NCBI RefSeq assembly: GCF_013407855.1
Contig: NZ_JACBZH010000001.1
Coordinates: 6,756,838 to 6,780,837 of the forward strand
Direction of reading: 5' to 3'
DNA: 24,000 nt
From: Actinopolymorpha rutila
Lineage (GTDB): Bacteria; Actinomycetota; Actinomycetes; Propionibacteriales; Actinopolymorphaceae
Under the pieces are notes generated by a model. It made no database searches. It had not been told where the DNA came from and saw only the letters and a list, made by a program, of their open reading frames with translations. Each line of letters opens with the position of its first letter. Positions within the stretch are counted from its first letter, which is position 1. This document shows, piece by piece, positions 7,419 through 16,068 of the stretch. Position numbers and translations under genes: made by a program.

Positions 7419-8757
7419 CCCGGCCGGGGCGCCAGCTCCGGTCGGGGGACTCGCCGGGTTCACCTGCTGGCGCGACGCCGATCACCCGGCGGGGCACCCC
7501 GGCCCAGCGGCTCTCGTCGGTGACCGCGCGGCCGTCGACCAGGGCGCGTACGCCGGGCAGGTCGGCCGGACCGATCGCGCGGTATTCCGGGTGGTCGGCC
7601 TGCAGGATCGCCGCGTCGACGGATGTGCCGAGGTGGTAGGCGGTGAACCCGAGCGCGGCCAGCTCGTCGTCGTCGTACAGCGGGTCGTGCACAACGGCCC
7701 GGGCGCCCCTGCGGCGCAGGGCGGCGACCGTGCCGAACACCCCGGAGAACGCGGTCTCCTTCACCCCGCCCCGATAGGCCGCGCCGAGCACCACCACCCG
7801 CGCGTCGGACAGGTCGCCGTACGTCTGCGCCAGCACCTCGACGGCGTACGCCGGCATCGCGGCGTTGGCCTCACGGGCGGCCCGCACCACGGTCGCGGCC
7901 GGGTCGTTCCAGAGGTACAGGCGCGGGTAGACCGGGATGCAGTGCCCGCCGACGGCGATGCCCGGGCGGTGGATGTGGCTGTAGGGCTGGGAGTTCGCGG
8001 CGTCGATCACGGCGAGGGCGTCGATGCCGTTGGCCTCGGCGAACCGCGCGAACTGGTTCGCCAACCCGATGTTGACATCGCGGTAGGTCGTCTCGGCGAG
8101 CTTCGCGAGCTCGGCCGCCTCGGCCGAACCGAGATCCCACACGCCGTTGGGCCGGGGCAGGTCGGTCCGGATGTCGAAGTCGAGCACCGCTTCGTAGAAG
8201 GCCCGGGCCCGCTCGGCGCCGGCCGGGTCGAGCCCTCCGATCAGTTTCGGATATTTCCGCAGATCGGCGAAAACGCGACCGGTGAGTACGCGTTCCGGTG
8301 AGAAGACCACCCAGAAGTCGATGCCCTCGGTGAGCGCCGATCCCTGCTCCAGCGCGGGTTTCCAGCGGGTCCGGCAGGTGCCCACCGGCATGGTCGTCTC
8401 GTAGATCACCGTCGTGCCGGCACGCAGGTGCGCCGCGATCGCGGTGGTGGCGGAGTCCATCCAGCCGAAGTCGGGCAGGCCCTCGTCGTCGACGAACAGC
8501 GGCACCACCACAACGACGTACTCCGCCTGCGGAACGGCGCGGGAGTAGTCGGACGTGGCCGTCAGCGCGCCGTCGGCCACCGCCTGCTTCAGGCGTACGT
8601 CCAACTCGGCCTCGCCCGGAAAGGGCTCGATACCGGCATTGACCGACTCCACGACGCGCGGGTTGGTGTCCACGCCGGTGACGCTGTGGCCCTTGCCGGC
8701 GAACTGGACGGCCAGTGGCAAGCCGATCTTGCCCAGGCCGACAACGGTGATCTTCAC
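7414..8757 (-). CDS. nucleotide-sugar 6-dehydrogenase (UDP-glucose/GDP-mannose dehydrogenase family); possibly WecC-like UDP-ManNAc dehydrogenase
   Basis: VKITVVGLGKIGLPLAVQFAGKGHSVTGVD is the NAD-binding GxGxxG motif. It also has FSPERV, ...AELAKLAETTYRDVNIGLANQF... and the catalytic GGHCIPVYP. I chose the GTG at 8757, because the upstream 49 codons have no family similarity. The WecC-like guess rests only on the divergent pairing with the 2-epimerase gene. Confidence 0.85.
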   Translation of the reverse strand: MKITVVGLGKIGLPLAVQFAGKGHSVTGVDTNPRVVESVNAGIEPFPGEAELDVRLKQAVADGALTATSDYSRAVPQAEYVVVVVPLFVDDEGLPDFGWMDSATTAIAAHLRAGTTVIYETTMPVGTCRTRWKPALEQGSALTEGIDFWVVFSPERVLTGRVFADLRKYPKLIGGLDPAGAERARAFYEAVLDFDIRTDLPRPNGVWDLGSAEAAELAKLAETTYRDVNIGLANQFARFAEANGIDALAVIDAANSQPYSHIHRPGIAVGGHCIPVYPRLYLWNDPAATVVRAAREANAAMPAYAVEVLAQTYGDLSDARVVVLGAAYRGGVKETAFSGVFGTVAALRRRGARAVVHDPLYDDDELAALGFTAYHLGTSVDAAILQADHPEYRAIGPADLPGVRALVDGRAVTDESRWAGVPRRVIGVAPAGEPGESPDRSWRPGRG

Positions 8758-8918
8758 GGGCAACACGTCTTCCTGGGAAGGGATCCGAGGGACTCCGGCG
8801 GGTCGCTGGCTAGGGTAACCTGCCGCGAAGTCCGGTACGGAGTGTGACGCGCCGCTAACGTTACGGGTCTTGTCGCCGGCACCTGCGCGAGGGCGCCGGC
8901 TCACCTCGAGGAGGCACA

Positions 8919-10046
8919 GTGACCAAGCACCCCGAGCAACCGGGGCGGCCCGAGGTGCCCGGGCGGTCCGGGCGCCCGCTGACGGTGCTGAGCGTCGTCG
9001 GCGCCCGCCCGCAGTTCGTCAAGCTGGCTCCGGTCGCCGCCGCCTTCGCCGCGACCGGCCACCGGCACCTCATCGTGCACACCGGCCAGCACTACGACAC
9101 CCGGATGTCGGAGGTGTTCTTCACCGACCTCGCGATACCCACGCCGGACGTCCACCTCGGCGTGGGCTCGGGCACGCACGGCGCGCAGACGGGCGCGATG
9201 CTGACCGCGCTGGACTCGGTGCTAGCCGAGCGGCGACCGGACTGGGTGCTGGTGTACGGCGACACCAACTCCACCCTGGCCGGCACGCTGTCCGCGGTGA
9301 AGCAGCACCTGCGGGTCGCGCACCTGGAGGCGGGCCTGCGGTCGTTCAACCGGCGGATGCCCGAGGAACACAACCGCGTCCTCACCGACCACGCCGCCGA
9401 CCTGTTGCTCGCGCCGACCGACGCGGCCATGGCTCACCTGTCCGGCGAGGGTCTGGCCGGCCGCTCGGTCCTGGTCGGCGACGTGATGACCGACGTGTGC
9501 TTCGGCGTACGCGACGCCGTGGCCGGCACGCCCCTGCCCGCCGAACTCGACGAGGCCCTCGGCGGCGAGCCCGGCGGCTACCTGGTCGCGACCGTGCACC
9601 GCGCCGACAACACCGACGACCCGGCCCGGCTCGCGGCGGTGGTCGACGCGCTCGCCGGGCTGGACGAACCGGTCGCCCTGCTCGCCCATCCCCGCCTGGT
9701 CGCGCGGTGCGCGGAGTTCGGCATCGACCTGGCACGACCGGGCCTGCACGCCCTGCCACCGCTCGCCTACCCCGACATGGTGCGCGCCGTCCTCGGCTCC
9801 CGCGGCGTGGTCACCGACTCCGGCGGCCTGCAGAAGGAGGCGTTCCTGCTCGGCGTCCCCTGCACGACGCTGCGGACGGAGACCGAGTGGACCGAGACAC
9901 TGGCCGGAGGCTGGAACGTCCTCGACCCGAACCTCACCCAGCTCAAGGAACTGGCCGCCCGTCCGGCGCCGACCGCTGAACGCGGCACCCCCTACGGCGA
10001 CGGGCACGCAGCGCGCCGGACCGTCGAGGCGCTGGAAGCGGGCTGA
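8919..10046 (+). CDS. wecB: UDP-N-acetylglucosamine 2-epimerase (non-hydrolysing)
   Basis: VVGARPQFVKLAPV...HTGQHYD..MS.VFF.DL.IP.PD..LGVGSG.HG.QTG.ML...PDWVLVYGDTNSTLAG...HLEAGLRSFNRRMPEE.NR is the canonical WecB/MnaA motif series. The GTG start has GAGGAGG 5 nt upstream. Confidence 0.92.
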   Translation: MTKHPEQPGRPEVPGRSGRPLTVLSVVGARPQFVKLAPVAAAFAATGHRHLIVHTGQHYDTRMSEVFFTDLAIPTPDVHLGVGSGTHGAQTGAMLTALDSVLAERRPDWVLVYGDTNSTLAGTLSAVKQHLRVAHLEAGLRSFNRRMPEEHNRVLTDHAADLLLAPTDAAMAHLSGEGLAGRSVLVGDVMTDVCFGVRDAVAGTPLPAELDEALGGEPGGYLVATVHRADNTDDPARLAAVVDALAGLDEPVALLAHPRLVARCAEFGIDLARPGLHALPPLAYPDMVRAVLGSRGVVTDSGGLQKEAFLLGVPCTTLRTETEWTETLAGGWNVLDPNLTQLKELAARPAPTAERGTPYGDGHAARRTVEALEAG

Positions 10047-10188
10047 GCCCCCGTTGACCGACTCGCCCCGTTCCGCTGCTTGCTCCACCGGTCCGCCCGC
10101 TGCTCCCATCCCGTCCGGTACGCGCCGTCCGTCGCCGATCACCCGTTATGGTGTGGCCTTACGACGTCACCGGGCTGGGAGTGGACTG

Positions 10189-10866
10189 ATGGCGACCATG
10201 ACCACCTCGGCCCGCCCGGAGCGGGGCTGGCAGTGCCCGGAGGCCGAACGCCTGCTCACCGGCGCGACCGTCGTCACCTTCGTCCGCACCGTGGCGTCCG
10301 TGGGCCTCGCGTTGTACGCCGCGTACGACCGGTCGCTGACCCTGCTGCTGGTCGCGCTGGCGGTCTACTGGGTGGGCGACATGGCTGACGGCGCCCTGGC
10401 CCGGCTGACCGATACCGAGACCCGGATCGGCGCGGTGTTCGACATCGTGAGTGACCGGCTGTGTGCGGGCACTTTCTACGTCGGGCTGGTCTGGCTGGAG
10501 CCGGCGATGGCACTGCCGGTGGGTGTCTTCCTGCTCGAGTTCGCGGTCGTGGACACGTTCGTGTCGCTGGCGTTCCTGGCCTGGCCGCTGCGCAGCCCCA
10601 ACTACTTCTATCTGGTCGACCGGCCGATCTGGCTGGCCAACTGGTCCAAGCCGGGCAAGGCGGCCAACTCCTCGGCGGTCGCGCTGCTCATGGTGATCAC
10701 CCACTCCGTACCCCTGTGCACCGCGGTGGCGCTGTGCCTGCTCGCGGTGAAGGTCTGGTCGCTGGTCCGGCTCGACCGGCTCGGCCTGCCGCTTCCGCAG
10801 GCGACCGGCTCGCCGAACCCGGCCGCTCAGGCGGGCCAGGCGGGCCACGCGGGCCAGGCGGCCTGA
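10189..10866 (+). CDS. CDP-alcohol phosphatidyltransferase-family membrane protein
   Basis: It has an exact family signature, D-x2-D-G-x2-A-R-x8-G-x3-D-x3-D, in GDMADGALARLTDTETRIGAVFDIVSDRL. Several hydrophobic segments follow. I chose the ATG at 10189 (MATMTTSARPERG...). The C-terminus is an AGQ repeat tail. Confidence 0.8.
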   Translation: MATMTTSARPERGWQCPEAERLLTGATVVTFVRTVASVGLALYAAYDRSLTLLLVALAVYWVGDMADGALARLTDTETRIGAVFDIVSDRLCAGTFYVGLVWLEPAMALPVGVFLLEFAVVDTFVSLAFLAWPLRSPNYFYLVDRPIWLANWSKPGKAANSSAVALLMVITHSVPLCTAVALCLLAVKVWSLVRLDRLGLPLPQATGSPNPAAQAGQAGHAGQAA

Positions 10867-11321
10867 TGGGACTGCTCACCGCGACGTTCTGCTACTGCAT
10901 CGCGTCCGCGCTGATCCCGCTGTTCAACGCCGAGGCGTACGTCGGCGCGGTGGCCGCGACCTTCACCGGCCACTCCACCTGGCTGGTCGCCGCCGCGGCG
11001 GCCGGCGGGCAGATGGTGGGCAAGGTGGCGTTCTTCCTGATCGGCCGCAACTCGCTGCGCTGGCGGTGGGTACGCAAGAAGACCGAGTCGCCGAAGTGGC
11101 GGAACACGTTCCTCACCTGGCAGCGCCGGATCGGTGACCGGCCGTGGCTGGCCGCGGTGCTGCTGCTGGTCTCGGCCGCTCTGGGGTTCCCGCCGTTCGC
11201 CGTGGTCTCGGTGCTGGCGGGCCAGCTCCGGGTGTCGATCACGTTGTTCGTGGTGGTCGGGTTCGTCGGCCGGCTGCTGCGGTTCGCCTCGTTGCTGGGC
11301 ATCATCAAGGCGTTCCTCTGA
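10866..11321 (+). CDS. YqaA-like small membrane protein (DedA/VTT-domain superfamily)
   Basis: The 151-aa protein MGLLTATFCYCIASALIPLFNAEAYV...GQMVGKVAFFLIGRN...WQRRIGDRPWLAAVLLLVSAALGFPPFAVVSVLAGQLRVS...GRLLRF is colinear with E. coli YqaA as I remember it (..SATLLPGNSEV.., ..LGGLTNVILGRF.., ..WLKRYG..LLLSW.PVVGD.LCLLAG..RIS..). Its ATG overlaps the upstream TGA (TGATG). Confidence 0.65.
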   Translation: MGLLTATFCYCIASALIPLFNAEAYVGAVAATFTGHSTWLVAAAAAGGQMVGKVAFFLIGRNSLRWRWVRKKTESPKWRNTFLTWQRRIGDRPWLAAVLLLVSAALGFPPFAVVSVLAGQLRVSITLFVVVGFVGRLLRFASLLGIIKAFL

Positions 11322-11335
11322 GCCCAGGCGCCCGC

Positions 11336-11410
11336 CAACCCCCGCCCACCAACCCCCGCCCACCGGGGCCAGAGCAAGCCGGGGTCAGAGCAAGCCGGGG
11401 TCAGAGGCTG
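11336..11410. repeat. two sets of short tandem repeats filling the convergent spacer
   Basis: CAACCCCCGCCCAC occurs twice (11336-11349, 11350-11363). This is followed by CCGGGGYCAGAGCAAG twice (11363-11378, 11379-11394) and a third, partial copy CCGGGGTCAGAGGCTG (11395-11410) that contains the stop and last codons of the minus-strand GT gene. Confidence 0.8.
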
Positions 11411-12528
11411 CCGAGGGTGATGCACTGGTGCGGGCGGGCCGCCTGTGCCCAGGCCTCCAGTCGCATCAGGAACTCCCGGGCGGTCTGCGGCCAGTGGTAG
11501 CCGGTGCGCGCCACCGCGTGCCCGCGCTTTCCCATCGAGGCCCGCAACTCCGCGTCGTCGCGCAGCCGCAGGATCGCCGCCACGGTGGCCTCGGCGTCGT
11601 CGAAGGGGACCAGTAGCCCGCACCTGTTCACCTGGGTCAGGGACACCGCCGCCGGCAGCGGGGTGGAGACCACGGGCACGCCGTGCGCCATGTACTCCAG
11701 CACCTTGGTGGGCATCGAGTGCCGGTAGTTGGGCAGGTCGCGCAGCAGCGACAGGCCGCACAGGGCACCGTCGACCAGGGCCAGCGCCCTGTCGTTGGGG
11801 ACGTACCCGTGCCAGCGCAGGAACCCCTCCTGCTGGGCGCGGACCAGCGCCCGGCGGGAGTAGGAGTCGGCGTGCCCGACCACGTCGATGTCCAGGCCGC
11901 TGCCGGCCAGCAGCCGCGCGGCGTCGAGCATCACGTCGACACCGCGGGCGACCGACAGGTGGCCGACGTAGACCACCCGGTCCGCACCGGACGGCTCCAC
12001 GGACTCGGGCACGTAGGTGGTGTTGGGCACCACCGGGTGGATCCGCCGGAACCGGCCGCGGTAGCCGGGCTCGGCGAGGATCAGCCGGAGGTTGCGTTCG
12101 GCCCACTCCTCGACCATCCGCACGCCCGCACGGGCCAGCGGCCGCACGGCGCCGGGGAGCCAGCTCTTGGCCACCAGAGCCGCGCCGGTGTCCTCGTGCA
12201 CGTCCCACACCACCGCGCCGGGCAGGTCGAGTCCGGGCAGGACGAGCAGCAGCTCGGGGTCGTGCAGCAGCACCACGTCGGCGTCCGCCCCGTGGGTTCG
12301 CAGGACGTGCCTGGCAGCGCGGAGCGCGTCGGAACGTTGCCGGCCCAGCGCCCGGGGCAGGTCGACCGCCGTCACCTCCGGCCAGGCCGTGGTGGCGTAC
12401 GCCGAGAAGGGCGCGGCGTAGGTCACTGTGTATCCGGCGTCCAGCATGGCCCTGATCTGCCGGTGAAGTATGCGCGCGTCCTGCGGATGGTGCACGACCG
12501 TGCACACGAGTACGCGCAGGCCGGGCAT
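11401..12528 (-). CDS. GT-B fold glycosyltransferase (GT4-like)
   Basis: MPGLRVLVCTVVHHPQDARILHRQ... is the N-terminal Rossmann start. The C-terminal donor-binding region is ...VVYVGHLSVARGVDVMLDAA......PTKVLEYMAHGVPVVST.... The ATG at 12526-12528 overlaps the upstream gene's TGA (TGATG). The 60 codons upstream in the 435-aa ORF belong to that overlap region. Confidence 0.85.
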   Translation of the reverse strand: MPGLRVLVCTVVHHPQDARILHRQIRAMLDAGYTVTYAAPFSAYATTAWPEVTAVDLPRALGRQRSDALRAARHVLRTHGADADVVLLHDPELLLVLPGLDLPGAVVWDVHEDTGAALVAKSWLPGAVRPLARAGVRMVEEWAERNLRLILAEPGYRGRFRRIHPVVPNTTYVPESVEPSGADRVVYVGHLSVARGVDVMLDAARLLAGSGLDIDVVGHADSYSRRALVRAQQEGFLRWHGYVPNDRALALVDGALCGLSLLRDLPNYRHSMPTKVLEYMAHGVPVVSTPLPAAVSLTQVNRCGLLVPFDDAEATVAAILRLRDDAELRASMGKRGHAVARTGYHWPQTAREFLMRLEAWAQAARPHQCITLGSL

Positions 12529-13790
12529 CACAGCACCTCGGCCGTCCCGTCGCGGACCCGCCCGCGCGTGTCGAACAACAGCCGCGCGCGGGACAACGTC
12601 CGCGCGTCGTAGCCGGCGTGGTCCTGCAGCAGGAGGGCGAGGTCGGCGGTGGCGAGCGCGTCGTCGAGGTCGTCCACCCGGGGCACCGGCTCCCCGTCGA
12701 CCTCCCACTCGGTGACGTAGGGGTCGTGGAAGACGAGGTTGGTGCCCATCCGGCGCAGCCTGCGGGCCACCGGCCGCGACGGCGACTCGCGCTGGTCGGC
12801 GATGTTCGGCTTGTAGGTGACCCCGAGGATCAGCACCGTCGACCCGCGCACCGATTTGCCGGCGTCGTTGACGAGGTCCTGCACCCGCTGGGCGACGTAG
12901 GACGGCATCCGCTGGTTGATCTCCTGGGCAAGCTCCACGAACCGGAACGGGTAGCCCAGCCGTTTGACCTTGTACGACAGGTAGTTGGGGTCGATGGGGA
13001 TGCAGTGCCCGCCCACGCCGGGACCGGGGTAGAACGCCTGGAACCCGAACGGCTTGGTGGCCGCCGCCTCGATCGCGTCCCGCAGGTCGATGCCGAGCTC
13101 GTGGCAGAAGATCGCCATCTCGTTGACCAGGGCGATGTTGACGTGCCGGTAGGTGTTCTCCAGCAGCTTGGCCATCTCGGCCTCGCGGGTGCCCTTCGCC
13201 CGCACCACCTGGTCACAGATCCGGCCGTAGAAGTCCACCGCCCGCTCCGTGCAGTGCGCGGTGTGCCCACCGACCACCTTCGGGGTGTTGCGCAGGCCGT
13301 AGGTGGGGTTGCCGGGGTCGATGCGTTCGGGCGAGAACGCCAACGCGAACTGCACCCCGGCGGTGAGCCCGGACTTCTCCAGGATCGGGCGGACCACCTC
13401 GTCGGTGGTGCCGGGGTAGGTAGTCGACTCGAGTACGACCAGCATGCCCGGCCGCAGGTGGTCCGCCACGGAGGCGGCGGCTGATCGCACCGCTGTCAGG
13501 TCGGGGCCGCCGTCGTCGTCGAGCGGCGTCGGCACGCAGATCACCACCGTGCCGACGGAGCTCAGCGCCTCCTCGGCGTCGGTGGTCACGGTCAGCCCGG
13601 CGGCCAGCATGGCGGTCACGTCGGTATCGGAGAGATCGTCGATGTGGGAACGCCCGGCAGCCAGGCCCGCGACCACGCGCGGTGAGACATCGAGTCCGAC
13701 GACTCGAAGTCCCGCCCGGCAGGCCTCACGGACCAAGGGAAGACCGACGTATCCAAGACCGACGACAGCGAGGTCACGCACGCTCCGCAC
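12528..13790 (-). CDS. UDP-N-acetyl-hexosamine 6-dehydrogenase (WbpA/TviB/CapL-type member of the UDP-glucose/GDP-mannose dehydrogenase family)
   Basis: LAVVGLGYVGLPL...VVICVPTPL......LESTTYPGTT...AFSPERIDPGN...EMAKLLENTYRHVNIALVNE...FYPGPGVGGHCIPIDPNYLSYK...ILGVTYKPNIADQRESP are the hallmarks of this branch. Start is GTG 13790, or alternatively GTG 13781. Confidence 0.88.
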   Translation of the reverse strand: MRSVRDLAVVGLGYVGLPLVREACRAGLRVVGLDVSPRVVAGLAAGRSHIDDLSDTDVTAMLAAGLTVTTDAEEALSSVGTVVICVPTPLDDDGGPDLTAVRSAAASVADHLRPGMLVVLESTTYPGTTDEVVRPILEKSGLTAGVQFALAFSPERIDPGNPTYGLRNTPKVVGGHTAHCTERAVDFYGRICDQVVRAKGTREAEMAKLLENTYRHVNIALVNEMAIFCHELGIDLRDAIEAAATKPFGFQAFYPGPGVGGHCIPIDPNYLSYKVKRLGYPFRFVELAQEINQRMPSYVAQRVQDLVNDAGKSVRGSTVLILGVTYKPNIADQRESPSRPVARRLRRMGTNLVFHDPYVTEWEVDGEPVPRVDDLDDALATADLALLLQDHAGYDARTLSRARLLFDTRGRVRDGTAEVL

Positions 13791-14129
13791 CCTAGGTTGG
13801 GGATTCCCCGCCGAAGCCGCGAAACGACGTCGAGCCAGGGAGAGTTAGGAGAAAGTTACCGTTTAGGTAACCGTTCAAACCCGGTCAGTCATATCTGTCC
13901 ATGTCGCGTCCCGGCTGCGTTCACCCGGCCGTCGCCCCGCCGAAACCCGCTCCGGGCGCCGAAACTGGCGCGGAGGCGGGTCGTTGTGGGCCGAAACCGG
14001 CTCGGGGCTGGCCAGGGTGGTTGACCTCTCTTGACCGGCGATCTTCGAGCCACCCAGTCTGTCCGGCGAAGAACCGGCAGTGACGGCTGGCTCACCGGCC
14101 GACACCCGACGAGGAAGGCCGGCGCCGCG

Positions 14130-16058
14130 ATGACCCAGCACGCCACGACAGGACCAGACCACGCCGACGACGCCGGCCTACCCGGCCACCCCGACCGCAC
14201 AGGCCTACCCGGTGATCCCGACCACGCCGGCCCACCCTCCCGGCGGGCGTTCCTGCACCGCGCCGTCCTCGCCGGGGCGGCGGTCGGCGGCCTGCCCGCG
14301 CTGCTGGCCGCCTGCGAGGGCGAGGGCGCCGGAGGAGGCGGAGGAGGCGGCGGTGGCGGTGGAGGAGCCGGCGGCGGAGCGGGCGGAGGCGGCGGCAGCG
14401 CCCGGGCCCGTACGGTCGTGTTCGACTACCACGGCGGCCGGGTGCAGAGCCCGGACCTGTGGAACCCGTTCGTACCCGGGTTCACCAACAACGCCGGCTT
14501 CCACCAGGCGATGGCCGAGCCGTTGTTCATCCTCGACTACGAGACGGGCAAGACCGAGCCGTGGCTCGGGCTCACGTTCGAGCCGAACGACACCAGCACC
14601 GTCTGGACGCTGAAGCTCCGGGACGGCATCAAGTGGTCCGACGGGGAGGACTACGACGCCGACGACGTGGTGTTCACCATGAACCTCCTGCTCAAGGGCA
14701 GCGCGGAGCTGAACAACGCGGCCGCGATCCAGGAGTGGGTCAAGACGGTCGAGAAGGTCGACCCGCTGACGGTGCGTTTCACGTTGAACAAACCGAACCC
14801 GAGGTTCCAGCTGGACTACTTCTCGGTGAAGATCCACAGCGGCCTGGTGATCGTGCCCGAACACGTGTGGCGGGGCAAGGACCCCACGACGTTCAAGAAC
14901 TACGACAAGAAGTCGTCGCCGGTGTTCACCGGCCCGTACCGCCTCACCTCGGCGAGCCCGACGAGGTTCACCTACGAACGCCGAGCCGACTGGTGGGGTG
15001 CGAAGGCGGGGTTCCTGCCGCTGCCCAAGCCGGAGCACCTGCAGTGGGTGGTGAACGAGACCGAGGACATCCGGGTCGCCCGGGCTGCCGACCACCAGCT
15101 CGACTCGGTGGCCGACCTCACCGCAGGTGCGTTCGAGAGCCTGAAGGCCCGCAACCCGAAGGTGATCTCCTGGCTTCCGGACAAGCCGTACGCCTGGCCG
15201 GACCCGTGCACCCGGCTGCTGTCGGTCAACAACGCGGTCGAACCGTGGAACGACCCGCAGATGCGCTGGGCGCTCAACCACGCCCTCGACCGGGACGAGA
15301 TCGTGAAGATCGCCTACGAGGGCACGACCACGCCGGCGAGGTTCTTCTTCCCCAACTACCCGCCCATGCAGCGGTGGGTACAGAAGATCGAGGACGCCGG
15401 GCTGTTCGAGGAGTTCCCGATCGGCAAGCACGACCTGGGCCAGACCGAGCGCATCCTGACCGCGAAGGGCTACACCCGCAAGGGCGACGGCTACTACCAG
15501 AAGGGCGGCAAGGATCTCCGGCTGCAGATCGACGCACCGACCGACTTCATCGAGATCTGGCGGTACGCCGAGGTGGTCGGGGAGCAGTTGCAGCGCGCCG
15601 GGATCAACGCCACCGTCCGCAAGCTCGCCATCGGCACGTGGGGCGACAACCTCGGCAACGGGAAGTTCGAGGCCGCCAGCGACTGGAGCGCCTGCGGCTC
15701 GGTCACCGAACCGTGGTTCTCGATGCAGCTGTTCTCGGCGAAGGCGGTCGTGCCGGTCGGCAAGACCGCATCGTCCAACGCGGTCCGCTGGAAGAACGCC
15801 GACTACACGAAGTACGTCGACCAGATGGCGAACCTCCCGCTGGACGACCCCGGCCTGGACAAGCCGTTCCTGGACGCCGCCCGGCAGTGGCTGCGCGACC
15901 TGCCGTTCCTGCCGATCGCACACGCCCGCAAGCTGTACGCGTTCGACACGACCTACTGGACCGGCTGGGCGACCAAGAAGAACGACTACCTCCAGCCCAC
16001 GCTGGACTGGGCGAACGCGCACCAGATCATCCACCACCTGCGCCCGGTGAGCGCGTGA
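14130..16058 (+). CDS. ABC transporter substrate-binding lipoprotein, family 5 (Opp/Dpp/Nik type), with a Tat-type signal and poly-Gly tether
   Basis: The ATG at 14130 has GAGGAAGG upstream. SRRAFLHRAVLAGAAVGGLPALLAAC combines a twin-arginine motif with a lipobox Cys (14313-14315). A Gly/Ala run follows (14331-14396). The mature domain has typical family-5 segments (WSDGE.YDADDVVFT, ...PYRL.S......Y.R...WW). Confidence 0.85.
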   Translation: MTQHATTGPDHADDAGLPGHPDRTGLPGDPDHAGPPSRRAFLHRAVLAGAAVGGLPALLAACEGEGAGGGGGGGGGGGGAGGGAGGGGGSARARTVVFDYHGGRVQSPDLWNPFVPGFTNNAGFHQAMAEPLFILDYETGKTEPWLGLTFEPNDTSTVWTLKLRDGIKWSDGEDYDADDVVFTMNLLLKGSAELNNAAAIQEWVKTVEKVDPLTVRFTLNKPNPRFQLDYFSVKIHSGLVIVPEHVWRGKDPTTFKNYDKKSSPVFTGPYRLTSASPTRFTYERRADWWGAKAGFLPLPKPEHLQWVVNETEDIRVARAADHQLDSVADLTAGAFESLKARNPKVISWLPDKPYAWPDPCTRLLSVNNAVEPWNDPQMRWALNHALDRDEIVKIAYEGTTTPARFFFPNYPPMQRWVQKIEDAGLFEEFPIGKHDLGQTERILTAKGYTRKGDGYYQKGGKDLRLQIDAPTDFIEIWRYAEVVGEQLQRAGINATVRKLAIGTWGDNLGNGKFEAASDWSACGSVTEPWFSMQLFSAKAVVPVGKTASSNAVRWKNADYTKYVDQMANLPLDDPGLDKPFLDAARQWLRDLPFLPIAHARKLYAFDTTYWTGWATKKNDYLQPTLDWANAHQIIHHLRPVSA

Positions 16059-16068
16059 GGAGCCGGTC

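Noticed and set aside
10826-10863. CAGGCGGGC-type 9-bp repeats (AQAGQAGHAGQAA tail), and similar in-frame DNA repeats at 18955-19000 (QTTGQTTGQ) and 21280-21320 (GGRGGRGG).
   Set aside because: These are in-frame low-complexity expansions at protein termini or linkers. They are common in high-G+C actinobacterial genes, and there is no evidence of an independent function.
11336-11410. Short tandem repeats considered as a possible CRISPR or other array.
   Set aside because: The units are directly adjacent 14- and 16-mers without spacers, with only two to three copies each. This is consistent with slippage duplication, not a CRISPR array.
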